Below, in pieces: positions 17,932 to 27,130 of a DNA stretch of 64,000 nt. This stretch comes from an uncultured Bacteroides sp. (GTDB lineage Bacteria > Bacteroidota > Bacteroidia > Bacteroidales > Bacteroidaceae). The DNA lies in NCBI RefSeq assembly GCF_963678845.2, contig NZ_CAXXOR010000005.1, positions 251,567 through 315,566 on the forward strand, given 5' to 3'. How positions within the stretch are numbered: position 1 is the stretch's first letter; each line of letters starts with the position of its first letter. The notes beneath the pieces were generated by a model. It ran no database searches. It saw nothing but the letters and a program-made list of their open reading frames with translations, and was not told where the DNA came from. Position numbers and translations under genes: made by a program.

Positions 17932-20900
17932 TCATTTTACCATAACACATTTGTGTCCAACAACATAAACTCCGCGATTAAGTCCATCTAATGCATTTTT
18001 TCTTTGCACTTGTGAACGGAGCTTAACCCCTACCATTGAATAGACATCTACAAGTTCATTACTGTTATCATTATCAATAACAGGGATGCCGACTGAAGAT
18101 TCACCATCATTACTCAAATAAATATCCTTGATTTTTATTGGAGAACTGCCATACGACCAAATGCCGATAATGTAAAGATGTGAAGGATCACATTTGAGAT
18201 CTGGAGTTTTACTTTTCGATAAATTAGAAAGATCAATAGCCACTTTTAACTTGTCTCCAATCTCGTTCATATAGCAATCTGTCCAATAATCTGAAGTATC
18301 AAACAAACGAAAAGAAGCTCCACACGTTTGTTTTTCAGCCAATTCCACTACAAGATATTTATAGTTTGAAAGATTTAACCCATTTGCATATCGCCAACCA
18401 CCAAATCCATATTGTCCTGTAGTAAGCGTTTTATTAGCTTCATCAAACAGGCCAGTCCCACAAATTGAAGAATTAAAAAGCTCACTTGTTAACGGGAACG
18501 TTTGGACATTCACTTGAAATTGACCACTTTGCGCATTTCCTAGCAAATCTTTACAGCTGAAATTAATCGTTGCTACACCATCAGCTTTCGCTATAATTTG
18601 CCCATTTACTATCGTGATAATATTAGATGACGGATTATTATAAATAGCTTTAGTTGTTACATCTTCGGTATGTCCATCCAAAAAATGTGCCGTAACTTTG
18701 AAATCCTTAGAGGTGCCAATCAATGCATTATATATATCTTTTTCCACAGATATACCATCTATTGTCATTTGATTTTTGGTGTAGCCTACAAAAGAATGAT
18801 CATAGAAAGTATCTTCTGTAAATTGTTTTTCAGTACTAAACCAGTCAACATCAACATATCCACCAGTTTGGGATGTTGCATAATTAAAAATAGCAAATCT
18901 ATTGCCTACAAAAACGGAAAGATTGTATTTCATGTTCAGCTCGTCACCAAACTTATTATAGGAAACATTATCTGTACTATAATAAAAGCTGGCCTTACTT
19001 GTACTGTAATTGGTTATTGCTCTCAAATAAATAATTGAATCGCATGTTATTGACTGAGAGAAATTAGTTTTATTTCCGGTATTCATCATTACAAGCTTCT
19101 TTGCTCCTCCCGAAACGGTTATTCCAATATAAGCATACGGATCCTGAAATACAGCTAAACCAGCGACATCACCCTCTTTCATATTCTGAACATCCATACG
19201 AATAGTACCGTAAGAATCTGTATTATTTGAATAATATCCAAGGATTCGTTGTGTTAATGTATTACGAGCTCTTTGTAATGAATCAACAACATTTACCGTT
19301 TGTAAACGAAGACGGCCTGCTTTTTCAACCAATGACCACTTTGAGTCGTCAGAATTGTGATTCCATTCCCATTGTGCACCTAATTTGTAATTACGAAAAT
19401 TGTCATTGGTAGGTAATGCCTTCTTTATATAATCTTTTCCTACATTAGGCTTAGTATAAGTTGTAACACCGCTTCCATTTACACCTACAATAGGCCAATT
19501 ATCGACCCAACTTACCGGTTGTAAACTTGGTAATCGTCCATAAGCTCCTTTATCGGCAAAGAGCATAGTCCACCATTCGCCGGTTTGCGTTTGTATCAAG
19601 GCTCCCTGGTGAATGCGGTCGCTATTAAATACTTCTTTTTCATCATACGGCCCGAAAATTGAAGATGAACGGAAAGCAACCTGAGTGGCATAATAACCTC
19701 CGGTTGTGGAATAAATATAATAATAACCATTGATTTTATACAGATGGCTTCCTTCTGTTGCGGAATTATCTATACCAGACGGTATGTTGCCGAATGTTAT
19801 AGCCTGATCATTTATCACTTTAAAATTTGAATCAAGTTCGGCTATGTGTAACTTATTGATGCCATATACAATATAAATTTTGTCATTGTCATCAAAGAAA
19901 AGACCGGCATCATAGAAAGAAGATGACAATTTAGTCTTAGTCCATGGACCTTCAGGATTAGTGGCAGTTAGTAAATAGCTTCCTTCATCCAATGTATTAA
20001 AATGAAGGTAAAAAGTGCCTTTATGGTATTTCAGACTACTTGCCCACTGTCCGTGACCATAACGGTTACAGCCGTCTAAGTTATAACAAGCAGTCGATTC
20101 TATTTTATCCAATGGGTTACTGCAGTATTCCCAGTTTACCAAATCATACGATTTTAATATAGTAGCACCAGGGAAGTTATGCATGGTCGTTGTTGACATA
20201 TAGTAAACATCACCCACTCTTATCACATCCGGATCTGGAAAATCACCAAAAATAACTGGATTACTAAATGTTCCGTTACCATTGTCGCTGCTTGAACTAT
20301 TCACGAAATCTGGTCTCGGATAATTTTCTTGCGCATATTCCTGATACCAATGAAATGTAGGCCAAGGGCATGCTTCCGGATCGTTCAGAAAAGTGATATT
20401 ATTAGCTGTAGGCGCATTTGTGGAATCAAATTTAGCCATCAGTTCAGGTCCTGTAAAAATAAGCCAACTTACGTTACCGGCATTATCCGTAATCTTTTTG
20501 AAATTGGCACCAAACCCATCTCCTCCTGCTGTACCAGTAATATCTTTACCCCATGAGGATTTATATTTTTCTGGTGCCCAGTCCATTTCTGTAATAACTA
20601 TTGGTGCTAAATCGGCCACAGGTTTAACCTGGGTATCCCATCCTTTCTGAAAATTAGCATAACCTTGTCCGCTATTAAACCAACCTGGATACACATGTAC
20701 TGCATAACCGATATTGTCGCCTTTAATAGGATTGACTGCGAATCCCTGATATAATGATTGATATCCTAAGCCTGGTATCCAAAGAATATTATCTGCACTG
20801 GCTCGTATTGTATCAACAATAGCCTGGAAATATGTTTTCAGGTTATCAAAATGACCTTGCGAACCTGCACCATAAGTACCGTCAGGACCAAGTATATTTA

Positions 20901-21489
20901 CCGGCTCGTTCGCAAGTTCAAACATGATGTGTGGATTGTTTTTCAATTTGGGATGTTGAGCTACATATCCCCACACTTTTATAAGGTATTGATTGTACGC
21001 ATCGCCAACAGCAATCTTCTCAGGACAAACACCAGGAGGGCGCATTATGACATACAATCCTTTCGATATAGCATATTCAGCCATAGGGATAAACACCTTG
21101 TCGAGTGCAGTTTTAAACCTATCAAAGTTGAATGCTGAGATATCATTTTCACCAGTGACAGATATACCAGGAGTATTGGACCAGTATGGGTCCATATGCA
21201 TACGAATAAAATTCGCTTTCCACCCGGCAGCCATAATACCATTAATAAGACCTTTATTATAGCTAAGGCATCCTTCAACATCATAATTAGTCCAATATTT
21301 CCCCTGCTCGTTGAACCACGGAGAATAGGTCTGCGCAAAACCATGCAAATTTACTATATTACCATGCTGGTCTTTCAGATATTTACCTTCAACATGCAAC
21401 TTAGGCATAGGCATTCCCTCCCACGCCAATATATTAATAGATATTGCCAACAAGAAAAAAAATAAAAGTTTTTTTTTTGCATTTTTCAT
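17932..21489 (-). CDS. Multimodular GH5 + GH43 (+ GH43 C-terminal beta-sandwich, Ig-like domain, T9SS-like C-terminal tail)
   Basis: FELANEP and VITEMDW (GH5 catalytic Glu pair); NPVIFGDFPDPDVIRVG (GH43); ...DVYSMVGVKLR...LNRGVYVVGHKCVMVK tail. Confidence 0.85.
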   Translation of the reverse strand: MKNAKKKLLFFFLLAISINILAWEGMPMPKLHVEGKYLKDQHGNIVNLHGFAQTYSPWFNEQGKYWTNYDVEGCLSYNKGLINGIMAAGWKANFIRMHMDPYWSNTPGISVTGENDISAFNFDRFKTALDKVFIPMAEYAISKGLYVIMRPPGVCPEKIAVGDAYNQYLIKVWGYVAQHPKLKNNPHIMFELANEPVNILGPDGTYGAGSQGHFDNLKTYFQAIVDTIRASADNILWIPGLGYQSLYQGFAVNPIKGDNIGYAVHVYPGWFNSGQGYANFQKGWDTQVKPVADLAPIVITEMDWAPEKYKSSWGKDITGTAGGDGFGANFKKITDNAGNVSWLIFTGPELMAKFDSTNAPTANNITFLNDPEACPWPTFHWYQEYAQENYPRPDFVNSSSSDNGNGTFSNPVIFGDFPDPDVIRVGDVYYMSTTTMHNFPGATILKSYDLVNWEYCSNPLDKIESTACYNLDGCNRYGHGQWASSLKYHKGTFYLHFNTLDEGSYLLTATNPEGPWTKTKLSSSFYDAGLFFDDNDKIYIVYGINKLHIAELDSNFKVINDQAITFGNIPSGIDNSATEGSHLYKINGYYYIYSTTGGYYATQVAFRSSSIFGPYDEKEVFNSDRIHQGALIQTQTGEWWTMLFADKGAYGRLPSLQPVSWVDNWPIVGVNGSGVTTYTKPNVGKDYIKKALPTNDNFRNYKLGAQWEWNHNSDDSKWSLVEKAGRLRLQTVNVVDSLQRARNTLTQRILGYYSNNTDSYGTIRMDVQNMKEGDVAGLAVFQDPYAYIGITVSGGAKKLVMMNTGNKTNFSQSITCDSIIYLRAITNYSTSKASFYYSTDNVSYNKFGDELNMKYNLSVFVGNRFAIFNYATSQTGGYVDVDWFSTEKQFTEDTFYDHSFVGYTKNQMTIDGISVEKDIYNALIGTSKDFKVTAHFLDGHTEDVTTKAIYNNPSSNIITIVNGQIIAKADGVATINFSCKDLLGNAQSGQFQVNVQTFPLTSELFNSSICGTGLFDEANKTLTTGQYGFGGWRYANGLNLSNYKYLVVELAEKQTCGASFRLFDTSDYWTDCYMNEIGDKLKVAIDLSNLSKSKTPDLKCDPSHLYIIGIWSYGSSPIKIKDIYLSNDGESSVGIPVIDNDNSNELVDVYSMVGVKLRSQVQRKNALDGLNRGVYVVGHKCVMVK

Positions 21490-21952
21490 TTAACCATCAA
21501 ATTTAAAATTAACATTTATATATTGAGATAACTGATACAAATTTATGAACAATGCAATAAATAAAGTAATTAAAATAACAGCACCGAACTTTAGGACTCT
21601 GTTCGAAGTAACTCCTATTCAATAATTATTTTATAGTAGTTTGATAAAGGATGTGCTTTTCATAGTTTATAAACATCCAAACCTTTTGACACAAATTTAG
21701 TTAGTAATTATCCAAAGAGAACAACTTTATGTAACACGTGTTTTTTCACTGATTACATTCTTTAATTATATGTTACAAAAAGCTATGCTCATATTACATA
21801 GATCACACATAATTGATTATTTATAAGAAAAGAATAAGCAAGAACTACATGGAATGGGTGGAATGGATTGCGGGGAACAGCATTATAATACTGCTGTAGA
21901 AGAAGGAAACAATGGAATCGCTGACAGAAAAATATTATTCCAAATATACTAA

Positions 21953-22032
21953 TAATCAGGGCCTGCTGAAAAAGGCCAGGCTACACTCAACATAGTATTG
22001 GTGTGGCTTGTTTTCTCAGCAGACCCTGATTA
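21953..22032. repeat. About 80-bp imperfect palindrome downstream of ispG (terminator or REP/MITE-like)
   Basis: taatcagggcctgctgaaaaa ... ttttctcagcagaccctgatta. Confidence 0.6.
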
Positions 22033-22059
22033 TCAATCAAATAATTTATTAGTCTTTTT

Positions 22060-23904
22060 TTACTCTTTAGCCATATAATCCCCATTAGCCTTTATAAGTT
22101 CTATCAACTTTTCTACAGCTTCTTCTTCAGGGATATTTTTCTCAATGCATTCTTTCTTCTTATAAAGGCTCACCTTGCCACGGCCTGCACCAACATAACC
22201 ATAGTCGGCATCTGCCATTTCACCGGGACCATTGACAATGCAGCCCATGATTCCAATCTTTAGGCCGGTCAGGTGATTAGTCGCAGCTTTTACACGGGCA
22301 ATGGTTGATTGCAAGTCAAAAAGTGTTCTTCCGCAGCCCGGACAGGAGATATACTCCGTCTTACTGGTACGAATACGGCCTGCCTGTAAGATGCCAAATG
22401 AAGTAGCATCTACTACGGCATGGTTTACACTGCCTTGATTAAAGATAAAGAGTCCGTCACAGAAGCCATCAAAAATAAGAGCACCCATGTCTGCGGCTGA
22501 TTTAATCTGTAAGTCTTCTGCCTCATTCTCTGTATAATACTGGAAAAAAACCACTGGATTCTGGCATCCTGCCGACATAAGTTGATGTACCAATGAACGA
22601 TGCTCTCCTAATCGATTCTGGTGATTGCTTTGTGAAATGATAACGACGTTATTCATCGTCTTCAGGTCTTCTGCCAGCTCTTCAGTCAGAGCCATATATG
22701 GAAGGAAAAGAAAGTTCAGTGATGAATCCGATTTCTTTAGTTCTTCAATGCTGTTGAAGTTGAACGCCGGATAAGTGTTTTCTCTCCTATCCCACACATC
22801 TCCATCCAGAATATAACCAACACCCGACAAGAGATGCTGAGGAAGTTCACGTCCGGCATAGATATAATCGGGGGTGAACTGTGGATCATAATCTGTTTTA
22901 CCATCCATCCGGTCGGCAAGAACCACCGGTAGATTCTCTCCTCCAATATTTTTCACGGCGAATGTCTTTCTACGAACTGGCGACAGATAATTAAAGCCTT
23001 CAGCTTCCACACCCGGAATATAAAGGTGATCGGCCCTGTTTACTACATAGTCCACCAGTTTTCTGGCTACTGGTATTTCGCATTCGGGATCTTCACTCAA
23101 TGATACACGTATAGTATCGCCAATGCCATCAGACAAAAGAGCACCAATGCCCAAAGCCGATTTTATCCGTCCGTCTTCTCCATCTCCTGCTTCGGTAACA
23201 CCAAGATGAAGAGGGAAATCCATTCCTTCCTTTTCCATCGTTGTCACTAAAAGTCGTACGGTTCTTACCATTACTACTGTATTAGAAGCTTTAATAGAAA
23301 TAACAACGGCTGTAAAATTCTCCTCCACACAAATACGCAGGAATTCCATGCACGATTCAACGATTCCTTCGGGAGTATCTCCGTAACGGCTCATAATACG
23401 ATCGGACAGTGAGCCATGGTTTACCCCAATACGAATAACAGTATAATTTTCTTTGCAGATATTCAGGAAAGGAACAAAACGCTCCCGAATTTTCTGTAAT
23501 TCCTGAGCATATTCTTCGTCGGTATACTCAAACTTCTTGAAAGTACGAGCAGCATCAACATAATTACCGGGGTTGATTCTCACTTTCTCGGCATAACAGG
23601 CTGCCACATCGGCTACTTTAGGATTGAAGTGAACATCGGCAACCAAAGGAACCATGTATCCGGATTGACGAAGCGCAACATTTATATTCATCAAATTTTC
23701 CGCTTCTTTGATTCCCTGAGTAGTGAGCCGCACATATTCTCCTCCGGCATCAACAATTCTTTTTGCCTGAGCCACACTTGCTTCCGTATCCTGTGTGGAA
23801 GTGTTTGTCATTGACTGTATACGGATAGGATTCTCTCCTCCCAGTGGAGTTCCTCCGATATTTACAACAGATGATTTACGACGGGAATAATTAAAATAGT
23901 CCAT
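22060..23904 (-). CDS. ispG: 4-hydroxy-3-methylbut-2-en-1-yl diphosphate synthase (start corrected to 23904)
   Basis: IRIQSMTNT, RIGVNHGSL, ISCPGCGRT and GCIVNGPGE Fe-S motifs. Confidence 0.96.
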   Translation of the reverse strand: MDYFNYSRRKSSVVNIGGTPLGGENPIRIQSMTNTSTQDTEASVAQAKRIVDAGGEYVRLTTQGIKEAENLMNINVALRQSGYMVPLVADVHFNPKVADVAACYAEKVRINPGNYVDAARTFKKFEYTDEEYAQELQKIRERFVPFLNICKENYTVIRIGVNHGSLSDRIMSRYGDTPEGIVESCMEFLRICVEENFTAVVISIKASNTVVMVRTVRLLVTTMEKEGMDFPLHLGVTEAGDGEDGRIKSALGIGALLSDGIGDTIRVSLSEDPECEIPVARKLVDYVVNRADHLYIPGVEAEGFNYLSPVRRKTFAVKNIGGENLPVVLADRMDGKTDYDPQFTPDYIYAGRELPQHLLSGVGYILDGDVWDRRENTYPAFNFNSIEELKKSDSSLNFLFLPYMALTEELAEDLKTMNNVVIISQSNHQNRLGEHRSLVHQLMSAGCQNPVVFFQYYTENEAEDLQIKSAADMGALIFDGFCDGLFIFNQGSVNHAVVDATSFGILQAGRIRTSKTEYISCPGCGRTLFDLQSTIARVKAATNHLTGLKIGIMGCIVNGPGEMADADYGYVGAGRGKVSLYKKKECIEKNIPEEEAVEKLIELIKANGDYMAKE

Positions 23905-23927
23905 TCTCTGATTAGGATTAATAGACA

Positions 23928-23969
23928 ACATGCTGGCAGAAACCATCTAACTAGTTTCTGCCAGCATGT
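23928..23969. terminator. Perfect 16-bp hairpin between purE and ispG
   Basis: acatgctggcagaaac-catctaacta-gtttctgccagcatgt; weak U tract on the coding (minus) strand. Confidence 0.55.
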
Positions 23970-23985
23970 AAGTCATTGCATTAAA

Positions 23986-24492
23986 TTAATTAGTTTTAAA
24001 CTGGTACTTTACCTCTTTCAACTCTTCATTGGCCTTTACAATCTTCTTCTTTAAGCCTTCTTTATATGCCGAGAACTTCACTTCCAGGTCTTTATCTGAG
24101 AGTGAGAGAATCTGAACTGCAAGAATAGCAGAATTCAAGGAAGCATTGATTCCAACAGTTGCCACTGGTATTCCCGGAGGCATTTGAACAATAGCCAGCA
24201 AAGCATCCATTCCCTCCAGAGTAGACTTTATGGGAACACCTATCACAGGCAAAGTTGTAGATGCTGCAATTACACCTGGAAGATGGGCAGCCATACCTGC
24301 TGCGGCAATAATAATTTTTATACCACGCTCTTTTGCATTCTTGGAAAACTCTTCCACTGCTTCGGGAGTACGGTGTGCGGATAGGGCGTTTATTTCGAAA
24401 GGAACTTCCATGTCATTAAGAAATGCAGCTGCTTTGTCCATAACCGGCAGATCCGAGGTACTGCCCATAATAATACTTACTACTGGAGTCAT
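23986..24492 (-). CDS. purE: N5-CAIR mutase
   Basis: IIMGSTSD, SAHRTP, AGMAAHLPG, PPGIPVATV. Confidence 0.97.
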   Translation of the reverse strand: MTPVVSIIMGSTSDLPVMDKAAAFLNDMEVPFEINALSAHRTPEAVEEFSKNAKERGIKIIIAAAGMAAHLPGVIAASTTLPVIGVPIKSTLEGMDALLAIVQMPPGIPVATVGINASLNSAILAVQILSLSDKDLEVKFSAYKEGLKKKIVKANEELKEVKYQFKTN

Positions 24493-24501
24493 AATTTTTA
24501 T

Positions 24502-24882
24502 TTATTCATTAATTAGTTTACGATATGCTGGCGCATCAAGTAAAGTGTCTAATTCTGAAAGATCAGACGGTTTTACTTTCACAATCCACCCTTCACCATA
24601 TGGATCAGAGTTTACCAACTCGGGATTATCTTCTAAAGAAGTATTGATCTCAAGGATCTCACCAGAGACAGGAAGAAATAGGTCAGAAATAGTTTTCACT
24701 ACCTCTATTGTTCCAAAGACTTCTCCTAATGCCAAGGTTTCACCCACACTAGGTATATCAACAAACACAATATCACCCAACTGGTCTTGTGCATAATCTG
24801 TTATACCTACATAGGCAAATTCTCCTTCTAAACGAACCCATTCGTGTTCGCTGGTGTACTTTAAATTTTCAGGAAAGTTCAT
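24502..24882 (-). CDS. gcvH: Glycine cleavage system H protein
   Basis: [28 protein letters not shown] lipoyl-Lys, NSDPYGEGW. Confidence 0.96.
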   Translation of the reverse strand: MNFPENLKYTSEHEWVRLEGEFAYVGITDYAQDQLGDIVFVDIPSVGETLALGEVFGTIEVVKTISDLFLPVSGEILEINTSLEDNPELVNSDPYGEGWIVKVKPSDLSELDTLLDAPAYRKLINE

Positions 24883-24907
24883 AAGTTATGTTTTTATAGT
24901 TTTATAA

Positions 24908-25531
24908 TTAAAGAAACAATATTCCAAAAACAGCACAAAGGAAACCGACTGAGAAGCCGGTTAAGACTTCTAACAATGTATGATGACGGAGTAAAATACG
25001 GGCAGAGCCCAATCCTCCGGCAATTAATATAAACAAGCATAGCCAGTATATGGGATTATAATTAAACATAAAGCTAAAAGCAATTAGCCCGCCTACTACA
25101 CCTCCCATAGCAGTCATATGTTCACTAATCTTCCATTTTAAGTTTATAATAATACAAATAATTATGGCCAACAAGGATGCTATAATGATTCCAGTCATAT
25201 AACGAGGTAAATTCATTCTTACCATCATAATCAGACAAGCTACGTAACAAATGATTGTAAGTACATAGGGAACAAAACGTTTTCTTCTATCCATAAATAC
25301 GCCAATGCCCCAACCATTGATTTTCCTGAAAAAGAAAATAGCAAGAGTAGGTAATAGAATGGTAAAAGCATAAACAACTCCCAAAACAACAAACCGATAA
25401 GTTAATGGAAGCATGTTCAAATAAGAAAAAAAGAACAATACCACAAATGCTAAAAAAGGCACGATAAAGGGATTAAATATTGCAGATATAATGCGTGCAG
25501 TTTTATTTATATTACTTTTCTTCATTTTCAT
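24908..25531 (-). CDS. Integral membrane protein, PAP2-like C-terminus
   Basis: Multiple TM helices; KISEH and SARILLRHHT motifs. Confidence 0.6.
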   Translation of the reverse strand: MKMKKSNINKTARIISAIFNPFIVPFLAFVVLFFFSYLNMLPLTYRFVVLGVVYAFTILLPTLAIFFFRKINGWGIGVFMDRRKRFVPYVLTIICYVACLIMMVRMNLPRYMTGIIIASLLAIIICIIINLKWKISEHMTAMGGVVGGLIAFSFMFNYNPIYWLCLFILIAGGLGSARILLRHHTLLEVLTGFSVGFLCAVFGILFL

Positions 25532-25545
25532 TTATTAATTTCATG

Positions 25546-27009
25546 TCACTTTCTAAGTCTTGCCACAGGAATATTAAGCTGCTGTCTGTATTTAGCAACT
25601 GTACGTCGGGCAATAGGGAAACCTTCTTTATTGAGAATTTCGGTTAATTCATCATCAGTTAAAGGCTTCTTTTTATTTTCATTATCTATATGATCCTTCA
25701 ATATTCTTCTTATCTCTCTGGATGACATTTCTTCACCATCTTCCGTTGTAAAGCCTTCACCAAAGAAATATTTAAGAGAAAATATCCCATAGTTAGTTTG
25801 AACATATTTACTATTGCTAACGCGGGAGATTGTTGAAATATCCAAGCCTGTGCGATCGGCCACATCTTTTAAAATCATTGGCCTTAGCAATGATTCATCA
25901 CCTTCAAGAAAAAAAGAATGTTGCAAGTCAATAATAGCCTGCATTGTAGTAACAAGAGTATTTTGTCTTTGCTTAACAGCTTCTATAAAACCCTGAGCAG
26001 CATCCATCTTTTGCTTCAGGAAAAGCATCGCATTCTTAGAATCTTTCGATTGATTTGCTTTGTTTTTTGTATGCTCCTCAAGCATCTCCGAAAAGCCACG
26101 GTTCATACGTAATTCCGGTACATTCCTATTATTTAGGTTTAAAGTTATGGTTCCATCGTCATAGGTATCCACAATAAAGTCGGGCACTATCTGCTGAAGA
26201 TTTCGCCCGATGGTTTCTCCCAGAGAACTACCCGGGCGAGGATTCAGCTTGGTTATTTCCTGAAGTGCTTCATTGAACTTTTCTTCTGAAAGATTTAGTC
26301 GTTGCATAATCTTATCCCAATGCTTGCGGGTAAAATCATCGTAACACCTGTCTATGATGTTAAACTCCGTTTGTCTTATGGGAGAGTCATCTTTCCGTTT
26401 TATCTGTATCAGCAAGCATTCCTGTAAAGATCTGGCTCCAATACCGGCAGGATCAAAATCCTGAATAATTTTAAGAACTTCCTCTAGTGCTGATTCACTT
26501 GCCTCAACACCGGCATAAATTGCCAGTTCGTCGGAGATATTATACAGACTTTTTCTCAACAGTCCGTCATCATCGAGGGAGCCAATAAGATACTCAGCCA
26601 ACTCTTGCTGTTGATCGGTCAGATTCAGTTCTCCCAGTTGTTCTTTAAGAATCTCATAAAACGAAGTAACCTCGGAGAACGGTATATCTTCCGCCCGCCC
26701 TTCTCTTGAACGACTGCTTTCCTGGAGTTTATAGTCCGGAATATCATCTTCAGTGAGATAATCTCCCAGAGAATAATCCTCACTCGAACTAATCAGAGAG
26801 TCTTCATCCAAGTCATTCTTATCTAAAGAATCCTCGGCAGCACCTTCTTCCTGTCCTTCTTCGAGAGCCGGATTTTCGAGAATTTCGGCACGGATACGAT
26901 CTTCCAGTTCTACCGCCGGTAATTCTAGCAATTTAACGACCAGAATTTGCTGTGGAGAAAGCGTCTGAATCTGTTGTTGTGATTGTATCTGATGAGAACC
27001 TTGAGCCAT
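25546..27009 (-). CDS. rpoN: RNA polymerase sigma-54 factor
   Basis: Gln-rich N-terminus, LRPMILKDVA..HTH, ARRTVAKYR RpoN box. Confidence 0.97.
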   Translation of the reverse strand: MAQGSHQIQSQQQIQTLSPQQILVVKLLELPAVELEDRIRAEILENPALEEGQEEGAAEDSLDKNDLDEDSLISSSEDYSLGDYLTEDDIPDYKLQESSRSREGRAEDIPFSEVTSFYEILKEQLGELNLTDQQQELAEYLIGSLDDDGLLRKSLYNISDELAIYAGVEASESALEEVLKIIQDFDPAGIGARSLQECLLIQIKRKDDSPIRQTEFNIIDRCYDDFTRKHWDKIMQRLNLSEEKFNEALQEITKLNPRPGSSLGETIGRNLQQIVPDFIVDTYDDGTITLNLNNRNVPELRMNRGFSEMLEEHTKNKANQSKDSKNAMLFLKQKMDAAQGFIEAVKQRQNTLVTTMQAIIDLQHSFFLEGDESLLRPMILKDVADRTGLDISTISRVSNSKYVQTNYGIFSLKYFFGEGFTTEDGEEMSSREIRRILKDHIDNENKKKPLTDDELTEILNKEGFPIARRTVAKYRQQLNIPVARLRK

Positions 27010-27130
27010 TCTTAAATTAATTAAACCTTTAATGCGCTACAAATTTAATGAATAGTTCGATATAGAGTACCATTCCATGATTATTTGTTTCTTGCAAACA
27101 GGCAAAAAGACATAATATTTATATAAAGAT

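Noticed and set aside
21849-21955. Short ORFs/possible gene remnant (MEWVEWIAG..., MGGMDCGEQH...)
   Set aside because: Under 35 aa with no family motif I can recognise.
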